The notes: generated from the sequence alone by a model not told the origin. A DNA stretch of 64,000 nucleotides from Abditibacterium sp. (GCA_965199495.1 CBDASK010000003.1:96001-160000); one strand, 5' to 3'; shown: positions 47,452 to 57,510, counted from the first letter of the stretch. Numbers and translations are program-made.

Positions 47452-48519
47452 TTATTCCATGATTTCGCCGCCGTCGGTGACGCGGATATACAAATCGCCG
47501 CTTTCGCTTTTGCGGTCGCCTTTGATGATGAACTCGCGCTTGCTTTCCATGATTTTCGTCAGGTCAATGGATTGGCTGGCGTTCCACATCATATCCGGGG
47601 CCGAGGCTTTATCTTGATCAGAAATCGAGCCGCTGACCTGACAATAATGGAAGTTGGGATCGTCATAACGCAGACTCAGCGTCAGGCTTTTCAAGTCAAA
47701 AGAGTTGCCCGCGTTCGCCGATTTATTGTCCAGCGAAAGCACGCTGTTTTTGCCAATCGAAACGTATCCGTTCATCTCGACGCTATTATCGGCGTTGCCA
47801 AAGATGCCGCCGACGCCATCTTCCGAGTTGGTCACCAGAAAGCGGCCCGTCACGATAAAAGTGCGACCAACAGCTTTTTTCGCCGGTTTAATTTTAATCG
47901 GCGTCATGATAATAATCGGCGGTTTTTTGTCCTTATCTTCTTTTTTCTGAGGAATTGGAAAAGTTTGGCCACCCGGTTTGCGATCGGGATCGGGGCGTTT
48001 GAGCGTGTTTTCCAGCGTCGCTGTCAATAGCCAATCGGCGCCGTTCCAGTTGATTTTGGCGGTCAACGCATCCGGCGTGGCTGTGGAATCGAAGGCTTTG
48101 AGCGACGCATAATTGAGCGGTTTATCATCAATGAGCCACTGCAACCCCACGCGATTGGCGCGCGAAACATTGAACAAAAGTTGGTTTTTGCCGGGCTTGG
48201 CTTTGGTCGCGTCATCGAAAGTTAAGTTGAAAGTGCCCTGCAATAAATCGCCTTCCATGCGCACGAGACCCCGCCCAATCAAAACTCTGGGCAAACCGTT
48301 GGTTTTGCCGATGGCCGTCAGCGTGACAGTCGCCGTCGTGGTTTTGAAGGGATTTGGTTTTTCCTGAAAACTAAATGCCGCTTCCACGGCAGTTGGCGCG
48401 GTGGATTGCGCTGGTTCGCTCGGTGCGACATCCGCCAGAGCGAGGGGCATGAGCAAAAGTGAAGGCGCAATCAGAGCGCAAAGGATGCCGATTTTCGTTG
48501 GACTTTGAGGGTTGAACAT
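47452..48519 (-). CDS. Secreted hypothetical protein
   Basis: GAGGA RBS, signal peptide ending ALA-D, Pro/Lys linker. Confidence 0.72.
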   Translation of the reverse strand: MFNPQSPTKIGILCALIAPSLLLMPLALADVAPSEPAQSTAPTAVEAAFSFQEKPNPFKTTTATVTLTAIGKTNGLPRVLIGRGLVRMEGDLLQGTFNLTFDDATKAKPGKNQLLFNVSRANRVGLQWLIDDKPLNYASLKAFDSTATPDALTAKINWNGADWLLTATLENTLKRPDPDRKPGGQTFPIPQKKEDKDKKPPIIIMTPIKIKPAKKAVGRTFIVTGRFLVTNSEDGVGGIFGNADNSVEMNGYVSIGKNSVLSLDNKSANAGNSFDLKSLTLSLRYDDPNFHYCQVSGSISDQDKASAPDMMWNASQSIDLTKIMESKREFIIKGDRKSESGDLYIRVTDGGEIME

Positions 48520-48530
48520 GGGTTTTTCCT

Positions 48531-49397
48531 CTATCGAGTTTGGGCGGGCGCCGTTTTTTTGATGGCCGACGGAGCAGCCACCGGGCCGGGGCCGACGGGT
48601 TTGCCGGGCAACTTCTTGTCGATGATTTTCGGCTCTATAACCGGCGGGCGTCGTGATTCCGTGCCGTAAATCGTTTTGACGTGCTGGACAAACAAATAAA
48701 GATTGGTGCCGACTTTGTTGCCGCCTTCGTCGGTGCCGCTCCAAAACCAATAATAGTGACCGTCATGGGCGCCCAACTTGTCCAAATTCAGGTCAATTTT
48801 GTAATCGCCAATCAGATCGTCTTTCTTATCGGCTTGATTGCGGCGGGGATTGTTGACGCGAACGTCGTCGGAATCGGGATCATCTTTATCGGTCAGTTTC
48901 AACGTAATGTGCGCGATGGATTGCGTATCGGTGTTGAAAACAATTGGATGCTCGTCCATGAAAACCGTCGGCGATTCGTTGAGCGAAAAGCCCTGTTTGC
49001 GCGGGTCAACTTCCAGCGGTTTGGGCAAATCGAGATGGCGAATCCGAAATTGATGAGCGAATTGGCGCTCCGATTTCCATTGCGATTGGCCGTTGATTTT
49101 CAATTCGCCATACGCCTCGAACGCGTGATCGTCGCTGGCGGCATCGCCGGGAAAAATCGGATCGTTGCAGTCGCTCGCGCTCACGCAAAACCATAGGTTG
49201 AACTGTTCGCCCACGACGATCTGTTTCGGTTTTTCGATGTTCGGCTTTGTAATATCGCCCGCTTTAACGGGCGACTTAATTTTGATTTGCGCCGTCTCCG
49301 CTTTCTTATCGGGTTTGGCTGAGGCGTGCGGCGCGCCTATAAAAATGGCGGGCGCGATGAGCAAAAATGCGCATCGAAACGTTCGATTGGTGTGCAT
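48531..49397 (-). CDS. Secreted hypothetical protein with acidic (C2-like) motif
   Basis: GGAGGG RBS, signal peptide ending ASA-K, LTDKD...DDLIG motif. Confidence 0.72.
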   Translation of the reverse strand: MHTNRTFRCAFLLIAPAIFIGAPHASAKPDKKAETAQIKIKSPVKAGDITKPNIEKPKQIVVGEQFNLWFCVSASDCNDPIFPGDAASDDHAFEAYGELKINGQSQWKSERQFAHQFRIRHLDLPKPLEVDPRKQGFSLNESPTVFMDEHPIVFNTDTQSIAHITLKLTDKDDPDSDDVRVNNPRRNQADKKDDLIGDYKIDLNLDKLGAHDGHYYWFWSGTDEGGNKVGTNLYLFVQHVKTIYGTESRRPPVIEPKIIDKKLPGKPVGPGPVAAPSAIKKTAPAQTR

Positions 49398-49423
49398 GGT
49401 TTCCCTCCTCATTGCCAGTCTTG

Positions 49424-49496
49424 GGAGTGAACAATGGGCAATGACAAAACTTCCGCGCTCTCCTTCGCGTTGTTTGGTCATTGCCCAACGCTCTCC
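49424..49496. repeat. Short inverted repeat (TGGGCAATGAC...GTCATTGCCCA)
   Basis: About 16-bp arms at 49435-49450 and 49472-49487. Confidence 0.55.
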
Positions 49497-49545
49497 AGCC
49501 ATTGCGGCAGGCGGTAACAAAGCCGCTTGCGCCTTGGCATACTTC

Positions 49546-49577
49546 AGGTTAGACCTCTACCGTCACAGCAGCGTCAC
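49546..49577 (-). promoter_or_regulatory. Putative SARP-dependent promoter: GTGACG x2 with 11-bp period, followed by -10 TAACCT
   Basis: CGTCAC at 49561 and 49572; AGGTTA (TAACCT on minus) at 49546-49551; adjacent SARP gene. Confidence 0.5.
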
Positions 49578-49627
49578 GGGACGATTTTTTTGTTGAGCGC
49601 GAAAATGCACAAACGGAGGCATTCGAG

Positions 49628-52600
49628 ATGAAACCCACCCGCATTTTTCTATTTGGAGGACTAAAATTTCAGAGCGGCCCAGACATTACCACGCGTTTTC
49701 GCACCCAAAAAACGGCGACTTTACTGGCTTATCTGGCGCTGCATCCCGGCCCGCAACCGCGCGAAATTTTGGCCGACTTGCTCTGGCCCGACGACGCGCC
49801 CGAAGCGGCGCGTCACAGTTTGCGCATGGCGCTTTCGTCGTTGCGCACTCAACTGGAAAAGCCCGATCAGCCGCCGCTTTTTGAGTCCAACCGTTTCGCC
49901 CTTGGCTTGCGCGCCGATGCCATTTCGACCGATATCGCCGAATTTCATGAGGCCATCAAAAACGCCCGCCGCGCCTTCGATCTTAACCAGCGCGCGCTTC
50001 ATTATGGCGCCGCCGTCGCGTTGGCCAGCGAGCCGTTTTTGCCCGGTTTTTATGACGATTGGTGCGTCGAAGAAGCCGGTCGCATCGAAAACGCGTTGGG
50101 GCTGGCGCAGCAATTTCTGGAAAAAGTAACGCGGCGAGAAATCGCGCCGCCAACTCCCGCGCCGCCCGGCCCAACGAAAATCGCGTTTAGAGTCAACGAC
50201 GCTCCCCTCGCCACGATTTTGGTTTGCGATGGAGCGGACATCACGCGCGCGCAAAAAATTCGGGTTAAAGCGGCAGGCGGCACCCGTTTTTCAACCGATG
50301 ACGCGGCGCTTTGCGCGTGGTATTTCGCCAATCCGCGCACGGCGCTGCAATGCGCGCTGACTTTGAACAACGCGGCGCTCCGCATGGCGCTTTGCACTGG
50401 CGAAATGAGTTCGCATTCTCAAAGCGACTTGTGGAAGCGCGCGCGGGGCTTGCTCGAAAGCGCGCATATCGGTCAGACGGTTTGCTGCGAGGCCACGGCT
50501 TTGTTCCAGCGCGGCCACGAGGACGCGTGGTGTCGCGATCTGGGCCTGTTTCATCTGCCCGGCGCCCGGCCCGGCGCGGCGCCCGAACGCGTATTTCAAC
50601 TGTCGGAAGCAACAGCCACGCCGCCGGTGTTCGCGCCGCTCCAAGCGCGCGCGGCTCGTGGCGCGAGCGTGCCGCGCCCGCTCGATGGATTTTTCGGGCG
50701 CGCGCACGAGTTAGCCGAACTGCGCACGCGCGTTGCGCGCGACCGACTGACGACGCTTTTGGGCGCGGGCGGCGCGGGCAAAACGCGGGTGGCGTTGCAG
50801 TTGGCGGCGACAATTGAAATTGAGCGTGTCGCGCCGTTTTATGGCGCGGTTTTCTGGGTCGCGCTCGCCGACGTGCCCGATGCCAAAGGCATCGCTTCGG
50901 CGCTTTGCCATGCGCTCCATCTCGAACATTCGAGCCAAAGCGAGGCGCTTGATATCGCGATTGCGGCGCTCAATCTGGCTCCGGCGACGTTGTTGGTCAT
51001 GGACAATTTCGAGCATTTGGTCGAGGGCGGCGCCGCGCTCATCGAAGAGCTTTTGCAGCGCGCGCCCAACGTTCATGCCCTCGTGACTTCGCGCCGTCTG
51101 TTGGGCGTGCGCGGCGAAACCGAGTGCGAACTCGCGCCCCTGCAAGTTCCCCAGAACGACTCAATTTCGCTTGAACGCTTAAACGACGAACCGAGCGTGC
51201 AACTGTTTTGCGACCGCGCGCGCGGCGCGCGGCCCGATTTCGCGCTTACCACGCGCAACGCCGGGATTGTCGTGGCATTGTGTCGCCAGTTGGAAGGCAT
51301 TCCGCTCGCGCTCGAATTGGCGGCGGCGCGCGTGGGACATCTCTCGCCCGCGCGCATTTTGGGGCATCTGCAAGCCCGCGCGCAAGACGACGAAACGCCC
51401 GCGTTCGAGAATCTCGATTTTCTGCACAACCCCGCGCGTAACGCGGCGGCGCGCCATCGCACGCTGCGCACGGCCTTGAGTTGGAGCGCCAGCGAACTGA
51501 CTCCGGCACATCAAAAACTGTTGGCGCGCCTGTGCGTTTTTCGTGGCGGCTGCACGGCGCCCGCCGCAAGCCACGTTTGTCGGGCGCACGATGCCAGTCA
51601 TCAGTTGGAAGAGTTGCGCGCGCGTTCGCTGCTGGTGCGCACTTATTACGAGGACGAGCCGCGCTATGCGATGTTGGAAACCGTGCGCCAATACGCGCAG
51701 GAATTGGCCGCAGGTCACGGCGAAATCGAAGAATTACGGCGCCGTCACGCCCACTATTTTTTGGGTTGGGCGCGCACCGAAGCGCCCATCGCCGTGGCGC
51801 CCGACGCGCAGGCGCGCGTGCGAAGTTGGGGGCGCGTGCGCGCCAACGCCGACAATTTGCGCGCCGCCTTGCGTTGGTCGCGCCAACACGAACCCGCGAC
51901 GGCGATTCAACTGATCTTGGCCTGTCACGATTTCAGCGGCTCGCATCTTTCGCGCGACGAACTCGACATCGCGGCGCCATTGAAAATTGTCGAAGCGCAA
52001 GCCATTGAAGCGCAAAATATCGAGCGCGGAATTTGGGCCGAAGCGCTCAAGTTGGCTTCGGTGCAAGCGGCGCATCACGGTGATATTGAAGCGCAAAACG
52101 ACTTCGCGTTGCGCCATCTCGAATGGATTCGCGACGAACCAAACGTGAGTTCGCAAGCTCTGGGCTGGGCCTATTTTCATTGGGGCAGCGCGCGTCATCG
52201 CAGTGGCCACACTATAATCGCGCGCGCGGCGCTGCAACAGAGCCTCGAACTTTTCGCGCAATTGGAGCCGCCGCATTGCCACCAATGTCGCGGGTGGACG
52301 CTGATAGAAATGGGAAACACGGCTTTCGACGCGGGCGATTTAGGCGCCGCCACCGCCGACTTCGAGCAGTGCGATTTGGCGTTCGGTCAGAGCGGCGACC
52401 GCGACGGCCAAGCGTCGGCGCGCGCGCAATTGGCCGATGTCTGTTTTCATAGCGGCGACCATGCGCGCGCCGCGCAGTTGTGGCCGCAAGTCGCCGCGAT
52501 TATGGCCGAACTGGGCGACGAACGCGAACACGAATGGCGCCTTCACGGGCGCGGCAAGCACGCCGTGGCTGTTGGCGAGCTGGACGAAGGTCACGAACTG

Positions 52601-52879
52601 TTATTGCGAGCGTTGCGCTCGTTTGGGAGCGACGGCCAAAAATTGGGGATGTTGCGCTCGCTATTGGCGCTGAGCCATTTTTGGCTCAGGCGCGAAAATT
52701 TGGTGCGCGCCCGCGTGCTGTTGCAAGTCGAATGCGCCGAGCGCAAACAGTTGAAATGGCCCGTTGACGGTTGCTGGGAGCCGCTACGGCAACAATTATG
52801 GAACAACGCGCGCGCCGACGAATGCGACGATGATTGGCCCGATTTAGCAACGGCGGTTGAGGCGGAATTGTCTGTCTGA
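49628..52879 (+). CDS. AfsR/SARP-family regulator: wHTH-BTAD, degenerate class III cyclase domain, STAND/NB-ARC ATPase, TPR-like region
   Basis: LLAYLAL...RE.LADLLWP, GAGGAGKT, LLVMDNFEHL, LVTSR, LEGIPLALELAAAR, MLETVRQYA. Confidence 0.88.
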   Translation: MKPTRIFLFGGLKFQSGPDITTRFRTQKTATLLAYLALHPGPQPREILADLLWPDDAPEAARHSLRMALSSLRTQLEKPDQPPLFESNRFALGLRADAISTDIAEFHEAIKNARRAFDLNQRALHYGAAVALASEPFLPGFYDDWCVEEAGRIENALGLAQQFLEKVTRREIAPPTPAPPGPTKIAFRVNDAPLATILVCDGADITRAQKIRVKAAGGTRFSTDDAALCAWYFANPRTALQCALTLNNAALRMALCTGEMSSHSQSDLWKRARGLLESAHIGQTVCCEATALFQRGHEDAWCRDLGLFHLPGARPGAAPERVFQLSEATATPPVFAPLQARAARGASVPRPLDGFFGRAHELAELRTRVARDRLTTLLGAGGAGKTRVALQLAATIEIERVAPFYGAVFWVALADVPDAKGIASALCHALHLEHSSQSEALDIAIAALNLAPATLLVMDNFEHLVEGGAALIEELLQRAPNVHALVTSRRLLGVRGETECELAPLQVPQNDSISLERLNDEPSVQLFCDRARGARPDFALTTRNAGIVVALCRQLEGIPLALELAAARVGHLSPARILGHLQARAQDDETPAFENLDFLHNPARNAAARHRTLRTALSWSASELTPAHQKLLARLCVFRGGCTAPAASHVCRAHDASHQLEELRARSLLVRTYYEDEPRYAMLETVRQYAQELAAGHGEIEELRRRHAHYFLGWARTEAPIAVAPDAQARVRSWGRVRANADNLRAALRWSRQHEPATAIQLILACHDFSGSHLSRDELDIAAPLKIVEAQAIEAQNIERGIWAEALKLASVQAAHHGDIEAQNDFALRHLEWIRDEPNVSSQALGWAYFHWGSARHRSGHTIIARAALQQSLELFAQLEPPHCHQCRGWTLIEMGNTAFDAGDLGAATADFEQCDLAFGQSGDRDGQASARAQLADVCFHSGDHARAAQLWPQVAAIMAELGDEREHEWRLHGRGKHAVAVGELDEGHELLLRALRSFGSDGQKLGMLRSLLALSHFWLRRENLVRARVLLQVECAERKQLKWPVDGCWEPLRQQLWNNARADECDDDWPDLATAVEAELSV

Positions 52880-52900
52880 GAATAAGAATGGGGGAGCCGC

Positions 52901-53037
52901 TTTGTCATTCTGAGCGCAGAGGGGAACGAACGAAGTCGAAGAATCCATGACTTAACGGTGCTGACGAAAGTGAAATTAAATCGCAACCTGTGGATTCTTC
53001 GACTTCGTTCGTTCCTCTCTGCGCTCAGAATGACAAA
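52901..53037. repeat. Palindromic element family B
   Basis: TTTGTCATTCTGAGCGCAGAG...CTCTGCGCTCAGAATGACAAA; spacer homologous to the 2819 copy. Confidence 0.92.
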
Positions 53038-53063
53038 TGAGACACTACCTAAGATAAATTGTT

Positions 53064-53468
53064 ATGAAAAACCCTGAATCCACGAATAAATTCGCTCATC
53101 TGGGCATAAACCAAACTTTTAAAGAAATGCCCGCAGAAAAATCGGCGTTGAACTTCCATCGAGAGTTTTCTGCACCCGAATATGAAGCGATCCGTGCGGG
53201 CCTGCTGTCTCGCGACATGGACGATAAATGGGATTTTGTTTTTGACCAGAGTTGGCTTTATATTTATCGGAGTTGGACGGGCAATTGCATTTTTCAAATC
53301 CGCTTAGCGACGTGTGAAAACGGTTACCACACAACAGAAACTTGGGTCAATCGAAACCCGCAACAATACAACGCCAGCGATGACACCTTCGATTTGGCTT
53401 TGCTGAGATGTTTAATTGACAGATTTCTGCTCGGCAAAGATACGCCGTTTCCTCGACGAGAAAATTAG
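53064..53468 (+). CDS. Conserved hypothetical protein (MDDKW...RSWTG motif)
   Basis: 134-aa ORF with a compact aromatic-rich motif. Confidence 0.7.
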   Translation: MKNPESTNKFAHLGINQTFKEMPAEKSALNFHREFSAPEYEAIRAGLLSRDMDDKWDFVFDQSWLYIYRSWTGNCIFQIRLATCENGYHTTETWVNRNPQQYNASDDTFDLALLRCLIDRFLLGKDTPFPRREN

Positions 53469-53541
53469 TCCAATTCTTCCATTTGAACCAGCAAGAAGCG
53501 CCAAACTTTTTGGTTCGTCCGATTTTCTCGTGCAGACCCAA

Positions 53542-54759
53542 ATGCTTGATATTTCCGCCATTCGCGCGCAGTTTTCTATTCTCGATACCGACGTTCACGG
53601 CAAACATCTCACTTATCTCGATAACGCCGCGACCACGCAAAAACCGCAGGTCGTCATTGACCGCATCGCGCGATATTACGAGGCTGAAAACGCCAATTCG
53701 CATCGCGCGGTGCATTTCTTGAGCGAAGTCGCCACGCGCCGTTTCGAGGAAGCGCGCGTGAAAATCGCGCGTTTCATCGGCGCGCGCGACGCGCACGAAT
53801 GTATTTGGGTGCGCGGTTGCACCGAAGGCATCAATCTGGTCGCCGCGACGTGGGGCCGCGCCAATCTGGGCGCGGGCGACGAGATCATTCTCACCGAAAT
53901 GGAGCATCACTCCAACATTGTGCCGTGGCAGATGTTGGCGGCGCAAACCGGTTGCGAAATCAAAGTCGTGCCGGTTTTCGATAACGGCGAGTTGGATATG
54001 GATGCCTATCGCGATTTGTTGAGCGAGCGCACCAAATTGGTTTCGTTCGTTCATGTCTCGAACGCGTTGGGCACGATTAATCCGGCGCGCGCAATCATTG
54101 ACCTCGCGCACAGCCACGGCGCCCTGGTGCTGTGCGACGCCGCGCAGTCCATTCCGCATTTTGCGATTGACGTTCAGCAGTTGGACGCCGACTTTCTGGT
54201 GTTTTCGGGCCACAAACTTTACGGGCCGACCGGCATCGGAATTGTGTGGGCGCGGCGCGAGTTGTTGGACGAAATGCCGCCCTATCAAGGCGGCGGCAAC
54301 ATGATTGACCGCGTCAGTTGGGAAGAGACGACGTGGAACACGGTGCCTTATAAGTTCGAGGCCGGAACCTCGAATATCGCGGGCGCCATCGGTCTGGGCG
54401 CGGCGATTGATTGGGTCGAGCAAATCGGTTTGGACGAAATCGCTCATCACGAAGCCGAGCTTTTGGCTTACGCGACCGAGAAATTAGTTGCGATTCCCGG
54501 TTTTCGCATCATCGGCACGGCGCCCGAAAAGGCGTCGGTTCTGTCGTTTTTGATCGACGGCACGCATCCCAACGATGTCGCGCATTTAATTGACTCGCAG
54601 GGCGTGGCTGTTCGTAGCGGTCATCACTGCTGTATGCCACTGATGAATCGTTACGGCATTCCCGGCACCTGCCGCGCCAGTTTCGCGGTTTATAATACGA
54701 GGGAAGAAGTGGACGCGCTTTACGATGCACTCGGTTTCGCGCGCGAAATGTTGGTTTAG
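53542..54759 (+). CDS. sufS: Cysteine desulfurase, SufS family
   Basis: YLDNAATTQKP, EHHSNIVPW, FSGHK, FEAGT, RSGHHC. Confidence 0.93.
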   Translation: MLDISAIRAQFSILDTDVHGKHLTYLDNAATTQKPQVVIDRIARYYEAENANSHRAVHFLSEVATRRFEEARVKIARFIGARDAHECIWVRGCTEGINLVAATWGRANLGAGDEIILTEMEHHSNIVPWQMLAAQTGCEIKVVPVFDNGELDMDAYRDLLSERTKLVSFVHVSNALGTINPARAIIDLAHSHGALVLCDAAQSIPHFAIDVQQLDADFLVFSGHKLYGPTGIGIVWARRELLDEMPPYQGGGNMIDRVSWEETTWNTVPYKFEAGTSNIAGAIGLGAAIDWVEQIGLDEIAHHEAELLAYATEKLVAIPGFRIIGTAPEKASVLSFLIDGTHPNDVAHLIDSQGVAVRSGHHCCMPLMNRYGIPGTCRASFAVYNTREEVDALYDALGFAREMLV

Positions 54760-54764
54760 TTCAT

Positions 54765-54859
54765 GGAACTCACATCCAAACGCAACCCGGAACGATGCGG
54801 CCAAAGCGTCATATTAGCCGCGTCGCTTGCGATTCGGGTTTCTTTTGGATGTGAGTTCC
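54765..54859. repeat. MITE-like 95-bp element with 16-bp terminal inverted repeats
   Basis: GGAACTCACATCCAAA...TTTGGATGTGAGTTCC plus inner pairing. Confidence 0.75.
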
Positions 54860-54866
54860 GACTCAT

Positions 54867-56024
54867 TTAAAAAGTTGTGCCGATACTAAAACCAACTCTC
54901 ACTTTGCCATCCATTATTCCAATTTGGTGTCGTATGCCATCGCCATCCTCATAACCAAAATTGCCCATCTCACTGCCGGGTACCGTGGGCTGTTGATCGA
55001 GCGCGGCGCCCATCGGCACGAGATTGTTCGAGGCGACGAGCGGCACGCTTTGCGGCGGCGCCTGCGGTGCGACGAAAATGTTTTGGCTGCCCAGAAAAAC
55101 GTTGTTACGCATTTCCGCGCGTGCGCCGGGCGCGTCGAGTTTGACGAATTGATTGCGCGCATCGCGGGCGATAAAGCTGTTGCGAAACAGATAAAGTGTG
55201 CCCTGATGTGCGGCGCCCGATTCGCTGCCAAAAAGCAGAAATTTGACGTGATTGCCGCCTCGATCCGCGCGGCTGATGAGCGTGTTGCCGAAAAGCAGCG
55301 CGTTGCTATTGGGCTTATCGGTCGCGCCCGGCGCGTCCACAAAACCGACTTCGCCCTCGTTGGAATCGGCGATGAGGTTGAACCATAATTCGTTAAAATG
55401 GGCGCGACTCTTGAAGTTTTGGCCGTGTAGACTGTCGTGAATCGAGCAGCCGCGCACCACAACGCGATTGCCGCTCATATAAAAATTGTGCGAGGTGCCC
55501 TCGAATGAAGCCGTGCCGTTGAAGGCGACTTCGCAACCTTCGATGCGCGCGGTTTGGCGGTCGCCGCCGAAAATCCCCATGTCGCACTGCGTCACCACGC
55601 AATCGCGAATAAGCGCGTTTGTCGAGTCGAGCAGACGAATCCCGGCGGCGTTTTCGCCATTGCGCGCGTTTTTAAATTCGAGGTGTTCGACGCGAATATA
55701 GGCGCCCTCGATTTGCAAAGCGGCGCGCGGGACGGCGCCCCGCCCCGAAAGCGCGAGACCTTGCGCATCGAAAAGCGGGCGTGCCGCGCCCACGCCACGT
55801 AGGATAATGGGCGCAGCAGCGTTGCCGTCGCGCTGGATTTTCACCGCTTCATGGTAAGTGCCCGCGTCAATTTCCACGATGTCGCCCGGCTCCAGCCGCC
55901 CCACAACCGCGCCCAGAGTAGAAATCGCGCGCCCCGGCCCGACCTGATAAACGGTCGCATTCGCTTGTTTGGCCGTCACCATCACAAGACAAAACAGGAA
56001 TCCGAGAAATATTTTAAGTTTCAT
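54867..56024 (-). CDS. Secreted right-handed parallel beta-helix (pectin lyase-like) protein
   Basis: Signal peptide, PGD.V.I..GTY.E, N/G/I ladder repeats, HNFY...GQNFKSRA. Confidence 0.82.
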   Translation of the reverse strand: MKLKIFLGFLFCLVMVTAKQANATVYQVGPGRAISTLGAVVGRLEPGDIVEIDAGTYHEAVKIQRDGNAAAPIILRGVGAARPLFDAQGLALSGRGAVPRAALQIEGAYIRVEHLEFKNARNGENAAGIRLLDSTNALIRDCVVTQCDMGIFGGDRQTARIEGCEVAFNGTASFEGTSHNFYMSGNRVVVRGCSIHDSLHGQNFKSRAHFNELWFNLIADSNEGEVGFVDAPGATDKPNSNALLFGNTLISRADRGGNHVKFLLFGSESGAAHQGTLYLFRNSFIARDARNQFVKLDAPGARAEMRNNVFLGSQNIFVAPQAPPQSVPLVASNNLVPMGAALDQQPTVPGSEMGNFGYEDGDGIRHQIGIMDGKVRVGFSIGTTF

Positions 56025-56058
56025 TTTCTTTGCCGGAAAAAGTGACGCAGTTGCGCCT

Positions 56059-57510
56059 TTATGGAATTAAACGCTCTATCACCAACGGAAGGGCCATAAC
56101 GAAAGCGGTCAAGCTCTCGTTTAACATCGTTGGGTAGTTTCCACGCGCGGTCGAAAAATGCGCCGAACCGGCGGTTCCATCAACAGTGCCTTCGATCCAA
56201 AGTTCGCCGCCGTGGGCTTCGATAATTTTCTGCGCCGACAGCAATCCAAAGCCCGTGCCTTCGATAGATTTGTGCGTTTTTAAACGGCCAAAAGCCACGA
56301 AGAGTTGATCGGCCTGTTCGCGCGTAATGCCCTGCCCGCCTTGCCCACTATCAGCCACGGCGACCAAGACATCGTCTTTTTCGGCGCGCCAAAAAACTCT
56401 GACTTTGCCATCGCTATATTTCAGCGCATTGCCGATGAGGTTCATAAACACGGTAATCATCCGCATTTTGTCGAGATGGATTTCGATGTCGCCGTCGGCC
56501 AAAACGACTTCGCGCCCATTGGCGAAACGCGGCTTTTGATAATGAATTCCGGCTTCGATAACTTCGCGCAGCGAAGTCGGCTGAGGCTCAATCGGAACGG
56601 GTTGGCCTTCCAAAACGCGCAACTGTTCCATTAAAGAAAGCCGCAGAAAGTTGAGCAACTGCGCGCCATTTTTGATAAATCCGGTGATGCGGTGCAGATT
56701 TTCGCGGTCATCGCGGCCCTTTTCGATGGAGAGTTCCAGCGTGTCGGCACCCAATTGAATCGAAGTTAATGGCGTGCCCAAATCGTGGACGATGATACCG
56801 ATGGCTTGACTCAACACCTGAAGCGAAGACTCGGTCTGTTCGCGCCTGCGCTTTTGTTCGTCGCGTTCGATTTGCAGCAAATGGTTCGCAACAAAAGTTT
56901 GGCGCGCGTAAAGTTCGAGCGAGTAACAGGCGCCCATGCCCGCGACGTTGGCGGCCAAAATGAAAAATATCGAGTTGAGAAACGTAGTTTTGCCCTGCGG
57001 AATTTGCAAAATGCCCTGCGAGAAAACCGCCGAAAACACATAAACCGCGACGACGATCCAGTTGGCGAGGGTCGCGTTCCAGAACCGCATGCGCGCGAAC
57101 GAATACGAAATGAGCGGAATCAACATCAAACCGGCGTAGTAAAAGCTGTATCCCGGCTCGTTGGGCTGCGCCGTGGCTGATATGAGGATTAAGCCAAAAC
57201 CGCCGACCAAAACGTCCACGAACAATCCGAATTGCATGAGGCGCCGAAAATAACGGGTGAAACTCAGCAGAAAAACGCCCAGCAAAACCGGCGAAATAAT
57301 AAAGAAGCGCACGAACCAGACTTGCGGGCGCGAGACCGGCAAAACGAAATAATCGAGCACGCCAAACGCCATCCACAGCAACAAAGTCATCGCCATCGCG
57401 ACGCGACAAATCGCCAGCGAGTTATCGAAGTAGACGCCCCTGAACTGCCGTTCGAGCGCGACCGGAAACCGCAAACGGCGGGCGTCACGGTCGAGTTGGT
57501 CGTGTTCCAT
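56059..57510 (-). CDS. Multi-TM sensor histidine kinase (orphan)
   Basis: About 6 TM helices, HDLGTPL, NLIGNALKY, DSGQG, GTGFGL. Confidence 0.88.
   Translation of the reverse strand: MEHDQLDRDARRLRFPVALERQFRGVYFDNSLAICRVAMAMTLLLWMAFGVLDYFVLPVSRPQVWFVRFFIISPVLLGVFLLSFTRYFRRLMQFGLFVDVLVGGFGLILISATAQPNEPGYSFYYAGLMLIPLISYSFARMRFWNATLANWIVVAVYVFSAVFSQGILQIPQGKTTFLNSIFFILAANVAGMGACYSLELYARQTFVANHLLQIERDEQKRRREQTESSLQVLSQAIGIIVHDLGTPLTSIQLGADTLELSIEKGRDDRENLHRITGFIKNGAQLLNFLRLSLMEQLRVLEGQPVPIEPQPTSLREVIEAGIHYQKPRFANGREVVLADGDIEIHLDKMRMITVFMNLIGNALKYSDGKVRVFWRAEKDDVLVAVADSGQGGQGITREQADQLFVAFGRLKTHKSIEGTGFGLLSAQKIIEAHGGELWIEGTVDGTAGSAHFSTARGNYPTMLNESLTAFVMALPLVIERLIP

Noticed and set aside
53542..54759. 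sufS outside a suf operon
   Set aside because: Standalone SufS paralogs are common.
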